Shown one piece after another: positions 18,702 through 27,997 of a stretch of 64,000 nt of DNA; position 1 is the first letter of the stretch; each line of letters begins with the position of its first letter. A program made the translations under genes and the position numbers. The notes under the pieces are model-generated. The model did not search any database. It saw nothing but the letters and a program-made list of their open reading frames with translations, and was not told where the DNA came from. The stretch is from a virus (Duplodnaviria > Heunggongvirae > Uroviricota > Caudoviricetes): positions 1 through 64,000 of IMG/VR virus record IMGVR_UViG_3300036766_001364; one strand, 5' to 3'.

Positions 18702-18943
18702 TCGCCCTTGAACGCAGCGACGGGACGGCAGAGCCTGAGCTCGCCGACAGTTATGGATTGGCCGTGACCTTCGCCTGCGAGGGCGGTAAACGCGCCATTT
18801 CGTTCTGTTCGCGTCCCATCGCGTACGGGCACCTCGTCCCTGATTTTGGCCCTGGCATCTGGGGGCTTCAGTGCAAGATGCACTCAGCGGGATGCAGGCG
18901 AAGCCACCCCGATCACGTGGTGGCCGTGAAGGTGGCCTCGTGA
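18698..18943 (+). CDS. Hypothetical protein (81 aa)
   Basis: GTG overlap start. Confidence 0.35.
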   Translation: MIALERSDGTAEPELADSYGLAVTFACEGGKRAISFCSRPIAYGHLVPDFGPGIWGLQCKMHSAGCRRSHPDHVVAVKVAS

Positions 18944-19167
18944 ATTCGCGTCCGATACCCGACGTGGGGACCATCGAGCGCAAGACGTTCTTTGCGGTCT
19001 TCCCGCGGTGGTGCAAGCCGACCAGGAATTGGGTGTGGCTGGCCGATGTCGTCCTCGTGTGCGAAGTCAATACTGAGCGTAAGTTCGACTGGGACTTGGA
19101 CAGGTGGGTTGACGAGCCACGATGGATCAGCTGGTATGAGATGTCACCTGAGGAAGCAGCACCGTGA
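18940..19167 (+). CDS. Hypothetical protein (75 aa)
   Basis: GTG overlap start. Confidence 0.35.
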   Translation: MNSRPIPDVGTIERKTFFAVFPRWCKPTRNWVWLADVVLVCEVNTERKFDWDLDRWVDEPRWISWYEMSPEEAAP

Positions 19168-19355
19168 CGCGGCTCAATGCCTGTTGCGAGCACCAAGTGC
19201 CGAGCGCTGGGTATGCGCGGCATGGCGACCTGTGGACGTGCCCCACCTGCGACTCGCGGTGGGTTCACGACTGCGATGAGGCCGAGGGGTGTGCGTGGTA
19301 TTTGTCCAAGCGCAGGGGGCCAGACAGCCCGACGAGGGGAGCGCACTATGCATGA
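19164..19355 (+). CDS. Hypothetical Cys-rich small protein
   Basis: ORF in track. Confidence 0.35.
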   Translation: MTRLNACCEHQVPSAGYARHGDLWTCPTCDSRWVHDCDEAEGCAWYLSKRRGPDSPTRGAHYA

Positions 19356-19548
19356 GTGCCTGGTATGCTTTACCCTCATCGGCAGGCACGGTCGATGCCC
19401 GCTTGGCTGCGACCATTGGGAGCCATTTCCCTGTTGTCCTGGCTGTAAGTGTGGCAGTTTCGAAGAATCCCACCGGGGCGTGATCCTGTCTGCTGAACAG
19501 CAAGAATGGGTGCGAGAGTTTCGAGAGACAATGGAAGCAGCATCGTGA
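19348..19548 (+). CDS. Cys-rich protein, paralog family D (CCPGC)
   Basis: ATG at 19348 after GAGGGGA; see 11710..12006. Confidence 0.5.
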   Translation: MHECLVCFTLIGRHGRCPLGCDHWEPFPCCPGCKCGSFEESHRGVILSAEQQEWVREFRETMEAAS

Positions 19549-19838
19549 CACGGCCCACGAGCGATGACGCTCTCACGCCACATGTAATCGAATTCGCCGA
19601 GGCGCTGCGCGACGCCGCGCGATTCCTCTGGGATGACTATCACGCCATCGCTGCCGAGTACCAAGCCCTGCTCACCGAGTTCGACTATCGCTTCGATCCC
19701 GAACGGGAGCGGCTAAGGGACGCGGTGGCGGACGCGGCGCTGACAGCCGCGCTTCCTCACGACGCGTGGGCGAGTCGGGTATGGAACGCCAGCCGCGCAC
19801 TCAGAGACCACATCGCGACAAAGGAGATCAAGACATGA
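19545..19838 (+). CDS. Hypothetical protein, paralog family C
   Basis: GTG at 19545; VTRPTSDDALTPHVIEFAEALR matches MTQPTSIELAEALR of 5030..5269; C-terminal FDPERERL...LRDHIATKEIKT. Confidence 0.5.
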   Translation: MTRPTSDDALTPHVIEFAEALRDAARFLWDDYHAIAAEYQALLTEFDYRFDPERERLRDAVADAALTAALPHDAWASRVWNASRALRDHIATKEIKT

Positions 19839-20029
19839 TTGATCGTCGGCACGCTCTCGGGGGAGTCTGCGTCGTCTGCTCACCGGCCTCGCACGTTGTG
19901 AAAGATGAAATTGAAGCGCAATATCTACTGGCCATCGGAAAAGCCACGAATCGGGGAGACAACGATAGGGCGCAGCACCTCTCAACGGGGCTGGCGGAAT
20001 ATCGGCATCACTACAAGGTGCTCTCATGA
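19835..20029 (+). CDS. Hypothetical protein (64 aa)
   Basis: AAGGAG RBS then ATG at 19835. Confidence 0.35.
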   Translation: MIDRRHALGGVCVVCSPASHVVKDEIEAQYLLAIGKATNRGDNDRAQHLSTGLAEYRHHYKVLS

Positions 20030-20424
20030 CCGACGCGCCGCACGAGACGATGGACGCCGCAGACAGTGTGGTCGAGTGGCTCGCTGAGCACCTATTCGGA
20101 TGGAAGCATGGCTCGGGACCACTGAGTCAGTGGTGGATCACCCCGCCGGGCGCACATGTGAGCCCGATCGGCTGGACATGTTATCTAAAGTCGTGGTCTG
20201 AGACCGGCGATGGGATGCTGCTGGTCATGGAGGCGATGCGTGAGCGCGGCTACCTGGTGGAACTAGTCAGCCACGCTCAAACGCTCCCTGCCTACATCTG
20301 GGGGGTTGAGTTCGCAGATGTCGAGAGGTCGTATGAGACCGCATACAGCGCATCAGCGCCGATGGCCGTCGCGAAGGCCGCAAAGCGGGCGTTGGAAGAT
20401 AGCGTGAGAGGGGACCGGCAATGA
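20026..20424 (+). CDS. Hypothetical protein (132 aa)
   Basis: ORF in track. Confidence 0.45.
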   Translation: MTDAPHETMDAADSVVEWLAEHLFGWKHGSGPLSQWWITPPGAHVSPIGWTCYLKSWSETGDGMLLVMEAMRERGYLVELVSHAQTLPAYIWGVEFADVERSYETAYSASAPMAVAKAAKRALEDSVRGDRQ

Positions 20425-20458
20425 CTGACGCTTCGCGTGAAGCCAGAACGACCGGGCC

Positions 20459-20881
20459 TTGAACGTCATCTTCCTCGACATCGACGGCGTGCTGAACACG
20501 CCCGAGACCCCAACCCGCACGCGCGACGGGCGTTTCCTCGGCCTGGACCCCGTCTTAGTCGCGCGGTTCTGTGAGCTGCTCGCGCGGACGGACGCGAGGG
20601 TCGTCCTGTCGTCGACGTGGCGCGGGGTTCTAGAGCTCTACGACATAGTGGCCGCGGCCGTGCCGGTCATGGACGTGACCCCGTATTTCCCAGGAGAGAT
20701 GCGCGGGACCGAGATCGCTTCTTGGCTGGGCTCTCACCCAGACGTCGAGCGATACGCGATCATCGACGACGACCGAGACATGCTGCCGTCGCAGATCGCA
20801 TTCTTCACTGACTACAGCGAGGGGTTGACAGACGGGATCGTCGAGCAGATATGCGCGCACTTCGAGAGGGGAACGCGGTGA
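20459..20881 (+). CDS. HAD-superfamily phosphatase (polynucleotide 3'-phosphatase / nucleotidase-like)
   Basis: Motif I IFLDIDGVLNT, motif AIIDDD; TTG start. Confidence 0.6.
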   Translation: MNVIFLDIDGVLNTPETPTRTRDGRFLGLDPVLVARFCELLARTDARVVLSSTWRGVLELYDIVAAAVPVMDVTPYFPGEMRGTEIASWLGSHPDVERYAIIDDDRDMLPSQIAFFTDYSEGLTDGIVEQICAHFERGTR

Positions 20882-21141
20882 CGATCTACGTCGACGCCAT
20901 GTACGCGCGGTTCGGGCGCATGAAGATGTCGCACATGATCACGGACGGAGACGACGATGAGCTGCACGCGATGGCCGACGCGATCGGGGTCGCGAGAAAG
21001 TGGTACCAGGGAGATCACTACGACGTCTGCATGTCTAAGCGCCGGCTCGCCGTGGCGCGGGGAGCGCTTGAGATCGGACCGCACGAACTGGGCGCGTGGC
21101 TCAGGAATCGCCGCAAGGACGGGAGAGCGCACCGTGGCTAA
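20878..21141 (+). CDS. DUF4031-family protein
   Basis: VTIYVDAMYARFGRMKMSHMITDGDDDELHAMADAIG...WYQGDHYDV; GTG at 20878. Confidence 0.55.
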   Translation: MTIYVDAMYARFGRMKMSHMITDGDDDELHAMADAIGVARKWYQGDHYDVCMSKRRLAVARGALEIGPHELGAWLRNRRKDGRAHRG

Positions 21142-21313
21142 GCGCTGCGCCGGCGGGTTCCCAGATCGCGGCGACCAGTGCGACAGCCCTCCCGGCCCGA
21201 GGAACCCGGTCTGGTGCGACGCGTGCGACGTGATCCGCATGGAACACTTGGACGGGCAGATGAAAGCGCTCGCCGAAAAGTTCGGGATGAAACCGAGCGA
21301 TGAACGGCGATGA
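21134..21313 (+). CDS. Small Cys-containing protein (59 aa)
   Basis: GTG overlap start. Confidence 0.3.
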   Translation: MAKRCAGGFPDRGDQCDSPPGPRNPVWCDACDVIRMEHLDGQMKALAEKFGMKPSDERR

Positions 21314-21498
21314 AACCACCAGGATACATCGGGCGGATCACCGTGGACGACGGCACTGGGTTCGACGTGTTCCTGTGTCCAGTCTGTCGCATCCTGCTGT
21401 GGGACGACGCCGCGTGCCCCATCTGTCTGCTGCGCGAAGAGGTACGGACACTGGAGCGGAGACGGATCGGTCACGAGCCGCCCGCTCTTCGGTTGTAG
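21310..21498 (+). CDS. Small zinc-ribbon protein, paralog family B
   Basis: See 4851..5033. Confidence 0.5.
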   Translation: MKPPGYIGRITVDDGTGFDVFLCPVCRILLWDDAACPICLLREEVRTLERRRIGHEPPALRL

Positions 21499-21529
21499 AA
21501 TGACGCTAACATCAAAATAGGGGAGAAAG

Positions 21530-21745
21530 ATGATGGCCGAAGGCTGGATCGATCGAGAACGCGACAAGCTGGCGCGGGCGCTCTTTGGGAAAGACGCGAA
21601 GGACCTCTCGGTGAGCGCGCTCATGCCCATCTTCAACTTTCAGGCCGCCCTCGAGCGGATGGTCGAGCGCGGGTGCGCTTGCAACGGAGACACGTTCGAC
21701 AGTCACCAGGAGACGTGCCTCGTGGGGAAGAATTCTCATGAGTGA
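21530..21745 (+). CDS. Hypothetical protein (71 aa)
   Basis: AGGGGAGAAAG RBS; AT-rich upstream with tagaat at 21496. Confidence 0.45.
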   Translation: MMAEGWIDRERDKLARALFGKDAKDLSVSALMPIFNFQAALERMVERGCACNGDTFDSHQETCLVGKNSHE

Positions 21746-22025
21746 ACAAGACAAGCGCTGCGCCAGCTACGAAGACCACGAGCGCAGTCTGTTTCACCGA
21801 CACGTTGGGCCGATCGCGCCGCGTCCGAATCTGCGATTTCGCACTCGCGACGGGTGCTCTGGTGCGGCCTGCACAGAGTGCGCGCCGCGCGTCGGGATCT
21901 GCGAAATCGTCGAGATCGATTGCGACGGGATCCCGCTCGATCGGAGCGTGTGGACCGAGGGCGACATCATTGGAGACTTGATCAGGTGGGCGCCCGAGAC
22001 CGCAGACGTGAGAATGAAGCGATGA
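21738..22025 (+). CDS. Hypothetical Cys-rich protein (95 aa)
   Basis: ORF in track. Confidence 0.4.
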   Translation: MSEQDKRCASYEDHERSLFHRHVGPIAPRPNLRFRTRDGCSGAACTECAPRVGICEIVEIDCDGIPLDRSVWTEGDIIGDLIRWAPETADVRMKR

Positions 22026-22306
22026 CGTACACGCCGCCGACGGCTGAAGCGCGTGCCGCGATCATCAAGCTAGCGGCTATCCCTTGCTTTTTTGAGATCA
22101 CGGTCGGCGGGCTGATCGACGCCTGTACTGCGTGTCGGCTCGACATCGACGCTAAAGACATGGAGATCGTCCGTCAGAAGTCGTTGATAGATAGGTTGGG
22201 CAGAGCGCTCAGGTCGGCAAAAGCGGAAGTCTCTCTGCATTTCGTGCCGATGCCAGAATGGCACGCGCTGCTCGCCGAAGCGGGCATTGAGGAGAGCGAA
22301 GAGTGA
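22022..22306 (+). CDS. Hypothetical protein (94 aa)
   Basis: ATG inside track ORF 21854. Confidence 0.4.
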   Translation: MTYTPPTAEARAAIIKLAAIPCFFEITVGGLIDACTACRLDIDAKDMEIVRQKSLIDRLGRALRSAKAEVSLHFVPMPEWHALLAEAGIEESEE

Positions 22307-22815
22307 TCCTCCGCATGCTCGTCGTCTTTGTGGTCGCCGTGGGGTTAACTGCGATGGGGGCGTCGCATCGCCTCCCGGTCATCGCCGACGCGCAGGTCTC
22401 AGACGCGACCGTCGCCGCGTCTCCGACTGTCGTGACGTCTACGCCCGCGTCCACAGTCTTGCCCGCGTCCACGGTCGCGCCGATGACCGCCGTCCCGTCT
22501 GCCCAGGTCTCGCCCGCATCGAGCCCGATCTCGACGCCCACGCGGATTTCTGCGCCGAGCCAGATCGCCTCTTCGACGCCGCCCGTTTCTACGGCGACTC
22601 CGACGCCGCAGAACGCGAACGGTTCGTTCTGCTTCACGTACAACAATCCCGGCGCGGCGATAGCGGACACCGTCAAGCGCATGGGCGCCGCCTATTATTC
22701 GGTCAACCTCCCCGGCGAAGAATGGGCGCTGGCCGTGCTGACATCGATATCATCGCTGCTCTCGGCCATCCCGTCGGGACCACAGATCTGCGTCCCGATC
22801 CCAGCGGCACGATAG
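22303..22815 (+). CDS. Secreted or membrane-anchored protein with a signal peptide and a Ser/Thr/Pro/Ala-rich linker
   Basis: N-terminal ILRMLVVFVVAVGLTAMGA followed by a low-complexity STPA tract. Confidence 0.5.
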   Translation: MILRMLVVFVVAVGLTAMGASHRLPVIADAQVSDATVAASPTVVTSTPASTVLPASTVAPMTAVPSAQVSPASSPISTPTRISAPSQIASSTPPVSTATPTPQNANGSFCFTYNNPGAAIADTVKRMGAAYYSVNLPGEEWALAVLTSISSLLSAIPSGPQICVPIPAAR

Positions 22816-22827
22816 GAGATATTTGAA

Positions 22828-23052
22828 TTGGCGATGCGACAGGCGACCTGCTATATCCCCGCCTGCGACGGGTGCGGCGTCGAAGACGAGGGCGGAGACT
22901 ATCTCGTCCATTTCGCGAGCGAGAGCGTAGCGCTCGATCAGTGTCGTGAAGGCCCGGAAGAATTCTGGAGAGTACGCGATGTCGACGGCGCGACGAAACT
23001 GTTCTGCGAGACGTGCGATCCGGGCGACGCGATCGAGAGCGGAGATGCCTGA
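22828..23052 (+). CDS. Hypothetical Cys-rich small protein
   Basis: ORF in track. Confidence 0.35.
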   Translation: MAMRQATCYIPACDGCGVEDEGGDYLVHFASESVALDQCREGPEEFWRVRDVDGATKLFCETCDPGDAIESGDA

Positions 23053-23162
23053 CGGCATGTGGACCGCTATTGCTATATTCGTCACGGCTTCTGTCGTCGG
23101 AGACATCGGATACCATTCTGCGGCGACGATCCTCGTGATATTGGGGATCGCGAGGCTGTTCG

Positions 23163-23405
23163 ATGACTGAGTCAGACGCAGACCTGATCGCGCGGATGCT
23201 CAGTGGGGCGTCTCCGGCCCCTGATGCCACGTCTATGGCGACCGATATACGGTCCCTCGCTCAGCGGCTGAGAGAGGCGGCCGGTCAGCTCGAGCTCTGT
23301 CGAGCGCAGCGCGATGAGATGACGAGGCTGGCGCTCGGACGCGCCGGAGAGATCGACGCGCTGCGGATTGAGATATCGGATCGAGCACCGAAGAGCGCGC
23401 TGTGA
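23163..23405 (+). CDS. Hypothetical protein (80 aa)
   Basis: ORF in track. Confidence 0.35.
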   Translation: MTESDADLIARMLSGASPAPDATSMATDIRSLAQRLREAAGQLELCRAQRDEMTRLALGRAGEIDALRIEISDRAPKSAL

Positions 23406-23686
23406 ACGCCGCGCCGCGCGACATGATGCTCGTCGAACTCGCCACCGACGAGGCGAAGTTTCGCGAAGCCAACGACGAGCACGCTTCCCTCAAGACGGTC
23501 GCTGAGATGCGGCTCAAGCAGTCTGAAGCCCTGCTCGACTACTTGGAAAATTACGCGGCGAAGCATCCTGACGAGCTGACCGACGATCAGAGAGAAGAAA
23601 TCCGGCGTGCCCGTGTCCAGATGGGAGAGATCAGGCCGTCGCTCTGTCGCCTGAAGCCCGTGCGTCAGAAGGGGAAGTCCGCGTGA
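23402..23686 (+). CDS. Hypothetical protein (94 aa), coiled-coil-like
   Basis: ORF in track. Confidence 0.4.
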   Translation: MNAAPRDMMLVELATDEAKFREANDEHASLKTVAEMRLKQSEALLDYLENYAAKHPDELTDDQREEIRRARVQMGEIRPSLCRLKPVRQKGKSA

Positions 23687-24018
23687 CTGACGAGACGACT
23701 GAGCTCCTCGCCGCGGCATTTCACCGAGTCGCGTTCTTCTTCATGGTCGGCGAGCGCTTCCCGCGGATCCCGGCGTCAGTCGGAGACCTGGCGATAGAAG
23801 CGTCGTCATTTCCAGGGTTCCACACGTACTTTGAGCGGATCGGATTCATCGTCGATCTAGACAGAGACGATCCCTTCGGGCCCGTGACCGTCGAGCAACT
23901 CGACGGCGCGCGCTTGAGATGGGAGAACAGCGAATGGATCGCGATGCCAGAAGGTTGCACGGGCGAGATAAGACGCGCGATGGACAGTGCGCGTGCGCGC
24001 TGGAGGAAGATCTCGTGA
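23683..24018 (+). CDS. Hypothetical protein (111 aa)
   Basis: ORF in track. Confidence 0.4.
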   Translation: MTDETTELLAAAFHRVAFFFMVGERFPRIPASVGDLAIEASSFPGFHTYFERIGFIVDLDRDDPFGPVTVEQLDGARLRWENSEWIAMPEGCTGEIRRAMDSARARWRKIS

Positions 24019-24237
24019 GTCACAACGTCTGCGGAGAGAACCACGGCGGCGAGTGCGACGAAGAGTGCTATCAGCTACTGCGAGACGCCTGCGTCTGTCG
24101 GGAGTTCCTGGTGTCTCAGGGGAGACACGCGAAGTTCTGTCCGCTGGCGCGGGCCGCAGAGCGATCTCTCCGAGCGACCGCTCTTCGGGTTTTTCTGGTG
24201 AGACGCCGAAGCTAGGCTGTGGGCGGAGGACGCTGCC

Positions 24238-24483
24238 GTGTCGATGGATCCCTTCGCGCTCCGGCGCGCCTGGCCGACGGGCGCCGACCGCGTCAAGGCC
24301 TGGCAGATCAAGTGTGACGGCTGCGGGCTGATGCGCCCGCCGCTCTTCACGCGAGCGGGAGTCCTCACGGACGCGACGCTGAGGTTCGAGGCCAAGATCT
24401 CGGGGTGGGAATCGACAGAGAGCGGAGCCGACTACTGTCCGAGGTGTTCGGCGCGACGCCCGCGCGGGATGACGCGAGGCTGA
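24238..24483 (+). CDS. Hypothetical zinc-ribbon-like protein
   Basis: CDGCG...CPRC. Confidence 0.35.
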   Translation: MSMDPFALRRAWPTGADRVKAWQIKCDGCGLMRPPLFTRAGVLTDATLRFEAKISGWESTESGADYCPRCSARRPRGMTRG

Positions 24484-24728
24484 TGGTTGGGAACAGGCTC
24501 TCGCCAGACCTTCCGAGGCGCGCGTGTCACAGGTGCGAAAAGACCTACGCTCCGTCGCAGTCGACGTCTGCGCTCCCGCTGACGTACTGCGGGTTCTTCT
24601 GCGAGAAGGGAGACCTGGGCTACGGGATGGACGGCCTCGAGAGCATGAGGTTCACGCTCGAGAAGAACGTCGCCGACGGGATCAGGAAGGCCATCGAAGA
24701 GGCGGAGTCGACGCGGTCGTCGCGGTAG
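24483..24728 (+). CDS. Hypothetical protein (81 aa)
   Basis: ATG inside track ORF 24405. Confidence 0.35.
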   Translation: MVGNRLSPDLPRRACHRCEKTYAPSQSTSALPLTYCGFFCEKGDLGYGMDGLESMRFTLEKNVADGIRKAIEEAESTRSSR

Positions 24729-24737
24729 ATTCAGTGT

Positions 24738-25274
24738 GTGAACGCGGCGCTGGATGAGGACGCGGGGGCAGTCTTTCGCGGGAACCATCGACTGGAGGCT
24801 TGGGAGACCTGGGGCCCCGGGGCGTTCGCGTGCTTCATCGTCGACTCTCCCCCTGTCTCAGGCGCGGTCGACACGGCGTTCGGCAAGTGCAGGCGTGTCG
24901 CGCGAAAGTGGGGACTCGACGGGCTCATCGTCGTCGCGCTGTGGTCTCTCCGCGGCTACTCTCCCGGAAGCGACTCAGGAGAAGACCCGATGACAGACGG
25001 GTGCGACGCGACCATAGACGCGGCCGCGTTCGGGACATCGCTCCGAGGGGGACCGGTGGTCGCGTGCTGGGGGCTGGCGGCGCACAACACGCCCAGAGCC
25101 GCCGAAGTCGCCGCGCGGCTCGGCGGGCGCGGCGTCGAGCTCGCGGCCGTGGCGATCACCGGCCACGGCGCTCCCGCGCACGCGTCGGCGCGCGTGCGAG
25201 TCCTCTCGGGACCTATCCCGTTCGCCTATTCGCCCCCCAGACGGCGCTATTTCCCCGATCGCGCGGGGATCTGA
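24738..25274 (+). CDS. DUF1643-like protein
   Basis: FACFIVDSPPVSGAVDTAFGKCRRVARKWGLDGLIVVALWSLR...VVACWG resembles the DUF1643 consensus (recalled from memory). Confidence 0.45.
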   Translation: MNAALDEDAGAVFRGNHRLEAWETWGPGAFACFIVDSPPVSGAVDTAFGKCRRVARKWGLDGLIVVALWSLRGYSPGSDSGEDPMTDGCDATIDAAAFGTSLRGGPVVACWGLAAHNTPRAAEVAARLGGRGVELAAVAITGHGAPAHASARVRVLSGPIPFAYSPPRRRYFPDRAGI

Positions 25275-25289
25275 CCATCAGTTCTGTCG

Positions 25290-25299
25290 TACTAAGATA
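25290..25299 (+). promoter_or_regulatory. Promoter-like gtacTAAGAT only 5 nt before the GTG at 25305, suggesting a leaderless transcript
   Basis: AT-rich island; motif shared with 2371, 32483 and 34495. Confidence 0.35.
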
Positions 25300-25304
25300 C
25301 GGGC

Positions 25305-26186
25305 GTGACGCTCTCTACAACATCGACTAGGGTCGTCGGCATCGACGAAGCCGGTCGCGGAGCGTGGTCTGGCCCACTCGTCGTCGGCGCTGCGGTCGAG
25401 CCCGACGGCGTCCCGCCGTGGTGGGGACAGCTCGACGACAGCAAGCTCCTCTCGCCGCGCCAGCGCGAAGGGCTCTATTCGCTCATGCTCCGCGACGGAG
25501 TCAGGCACGCGCTCGGATGGGTCTCGGCGTGGGAGATCGACGGGCGCGGCATGCAGTGGGCTTTCAGAGAGGCCGTCAGGCGGGCGCTGTTCGCGCTCGG
25601 TCCCATCGAGGGCGGCCGCACGATCCTCGACGGAGACACGACCGCGGGCGTGGCAGACGAGTGCCTCATCGGGGCCGACAAGGTCGTCCCCGCGGTGTCC
25701 GCGGCGTCGATCGCGGCGAAGGTGTCACGCGACCGCTACGTGACCGAGGTCGACGGAGCGCTCTGGCCAGAGTACGGGTTCGCCGCGCACAAGGGCTACG
25801 GCACGGGCGACCATCGGAACCGCATCGCGGAGCACGGATCGGCGATGGTCCACAGGCGATCGTTTAAGCCGCTGCGGGGGACGCGCGTCACCGAGCGCAT
25901 GGCGCGCCCGCGCTACAGGCTCGGCAGCCTGTCGATCGACCACGCCGGGACGCCGCTCCTGACGCTCAGGGGCGAGAAAGACGCCGACCGCGACGCCGTC
26001 CGTCACGGAGACCTCCGGCAGCGGCAGGTCTATCCGCTCGATCAGCAGGCCATATCTCACTTCACGCTCCATCCGGCGTTCGCCTCGGGCGCAACTGCCG
26101 CAGAGACGCGCTACGAGATGGCGCGCGTCTTCAACGCGTGGGAGATGATGAAGAGCGTCGACGACAGGTTCTGGAGGTACCAGTGA
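25305..26186 (+). CDS. rnhB: Ribonuclease HII with a C-terminal extension of about 80 aa
   Basis: VGIDEAGRGAWSGPLVVGAAV...DSKLLS...KVSRDRY...HKGYG matches the RNase HII core. Confidence 0.8.
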   Translation: MTLSTTSTRVVGIDEAGRGAWSGPLVVGAAVEPDGVPPWWGQLDDSKLLSPRQREGLYSLMLRDGVRHALGWVSAWEIDGRGMQWAFREAVRRALFALGPIEGGRTILDGDTTAGVADECLIGADKVVPAVSAASIAAKVSRDRYVTEVDGALWPEYGFAAHKGYGTGDHRNRIAEHGSAMVHRRSFKPLRGTRVTERMARPRYRLGSLSIDHAGTPLLTLRGEKDADRDAVRHGDLRQRQVYPLDQQAISHFTLHPAFASGATAAETRYEMARVFNAWEMMKSVDDRFWRYQ

Positions 26187-26272
26187 GCGTGCTCCAGACG
26201 GTCAAGAGCCGCCTTACGATCGTCCTGTCCTATTTTCCCTTATCGGCCGGCGCTCATCCGAGGTAGATTGTA

Positions 26273-26941
26273 TTGAACGACACAGCAACGATACGGAGCA
26301 AGGCGATGGACCTGTTCGGAACAGAGGCAGAAGCGCTGTCGCGCGTCAGAGAAATGCGACTGGAGTCGATCGAGACGGCGATCGGCGTCCCGGCGAAAGC
26401 GTGGGCGGGTCGATGCTACGAGATCGCGTGTCGCGCGGTGCGCGCGAAGGCCGTCGACGGATCCCCCAGGTACGGACACTGGCTCGGCCCCGTGGCGAAG
26501 GGGATTCGGTTCGACAACTCCTACCCGTTCCAGCGACACGGGTGGATCGAGAAGGGCGACGGGGCGATCGTCGACCCGACGCGGTGGGTGTTCGAGGGCG
26601 CGCAGCCGTACGTCTACGTGGGGCGCAACGACCACTACGACGCGGGCGGGAACAGGCTCAGGGAGTCCATGGAGCGACCGTGCCCGCCGTTCATGCCCGA
26701 CGACCAGTCGTTCACGGTGCGGCTGCCCGCCGAGGTGGAGGGCATGCTGCCGCCCAACGCGTTGACGTCGTTCGCCAAGGAGTCGGCGACGGTGTCGTTC
26801 CCGCAGCTCGTGTGGCTCGCGAACCTGTCGCTGAACCGGCTCGGAGACTTCGCCCGGCCCGTGTACCGCGAGATCGAGCGGGTCGGGATGCGGGCGCTCA
26901 TCCCGCTCGACAACAGGACCGCCGTGCTCGGCGAGAAATAG
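26273..26941 (+). CDS. Hypothetical protein (222 aa); possible papain-like Cys/His/Asp arrangement
   Basis: CYEIACRAV...HGWIEKGDGAIVDPT; assignment speculative. Confidence 0.4.
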   Translation: MNDTATIRSKAMDLFGTEAEALSRVREMRLESIETAIGVPAKAWAGRCYEIACRAVRAKAVDGSPRYGHWLGPVAKGIRFDNSYPFQRHGWIEKGDGAIVDPTRWVFEGAQPYVYVGRNDHYDAGGNRLRESMERPCPPFMPDDQSFTVRLPAEVEGMLPPNALTSFAKESATVSFPQLVWLANLSLNRLGDFARPVYREIERVGMRALIPLDNRTAVLGEK

Positions 26942-26952
26942 GGGGACGGGCG

Positions 26953-27204
26953 ATGGGCGCGAAGCTCAACGACGCGATGTTCCCCGGCGGCAGGCGGCGC
27001 CGTCAGATCAGTCGCAGATACGACGCCGTCGCGTTCGCGAAGACCTGCACGACGTGTTGGATTGGGTTCAGGGCCCAGAGGCCAGACGCGCGCGACTGTC
27101 CGGCGTGTGAAGACCTGATCGACATGTTGTCGGGACTGCGACGGCGCAGCCGCGACGGGTACGCCGCGCTCGTCGAATCGATGCATCGGGGGCTCGCGCG
27201 ATGA
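26953..27204 (+). CDS. Hypothetical Cys-rich small protein
   Basis: ATG inside track ORF 26401. Confidence 0.35.
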   Translation: MGAKLNDAMFPGGRRRRQISRRYDAVAFAKTCTTCWIGFRAQRPDARDCPACEDLIDMLSGLRRRSRDGYAALVESMHRGLAR

Positions 27205-27581
27205 AGAGGGGACGGCGGGACGCGGCCAGCAAGCGACCGCGGGTGGCGCTCAAGAAAGTCGTGTGGCGCGCGGCGATCGCGCGGGTCGGCCGAGATCGCG
27301 ACGCCACCGCGCTGGGGAAGGAAGCGCTCGCCGACGCGATCGCCGGGTACAAGACGCCGGCGCCGCTCGCTCTCGATTTCGATGCGCGTCGCGAGCCGAT
27401 CGGGCGGGTGCTGTCCGTGAGCATGGAGGGAGACACGGTCTTCGCCGACGTGGAGGTGGACGAGGACTTCGCCGGCCTCGCTCTCCGTCCCGCTTTCCAG
27501 ATGAGCCTGCTGGCCGCTGAGTGGAAGCTGTCGGCGATCAGCGCGACGTCGCGTCCGGGTCCGCTCCCCGAAAGGAGATAG
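27201..27581 (+). CDS. Hypothetical protein (126 aa)
   Basis: ORF in track. Confidence 0.4.
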   Translation: MKRGRRDAASKRPRVALKKVVWRAAIARVGRDRDATALGKEALADAIAGYKTPAPLALDFDARREPIGRVLSVSMEGDTVFADVEVDEDFAGLALRPAFQMSLLAAEWKLSAISATSRPGPLPERR

Positions 27582-27583
27582 AC

Positions 27584-27997
27584 ATGTTCGAACAGACCGA
27601 CATGGTGTGCGAGAAGCACCCGTTGACCGAGTGGCCGCACGACGGGTGTCTCGGTCCGGGCATGCCGATCGGCGCGGGGATCGACTGGGTCCGCGGCGTC
27701 CTGGCCAACAGCGCGAACGGCGGCTACGCCTTCTGGCAGATCATGAAGCGCGGCGTGGCGATCCCGCGGCGACCGTGGTGCTGCTACATCGATCAGATCA
27801 CGCGCGAGGGCTGTACGAGCGCGGCCGAGTGGAACATCTCGTGGCCGTTCATGGACGAGGCGCTCGCGCCGGGAGGCGTCCGCGATCCCTACGCGGCTGA
27901 CACGCAGGCCTGTTCAGACCACTTCGGGCACCTGATCCCAGACGGAGTGCACAGTCTCGAAATAGAACGCGTCAAAACGACGCAGGAGGCACGATAA
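27584..27997 (+). CDS. Hypothetical Cys/Trp-rich protein (137 aa)
   Basis: AAAGGAGATAGAC then ATG at 27584. Confidence 0.45.
   Translation: MFEQTDMVCEKHPLTEWPHDGCLGPGMPIGAGIDWVRGVLANSANGGYAFWQIMKRGVAIPRRPWCCYIDQITREGCTSAAEWNISWPFMDEALAPGGVRDPYAADTQACSDHFGHLIPDGVHSLEIERVKTTQEAR

Noticed and set aside
17904-19664. 586-aa minus-strand ORF spanning many small + strand genes
   Set aside because: Low-complexity, Arg-rich and antisense to a chain of translationally coupled + strand ORFs with RBSs. This is a GC-bias artefact.
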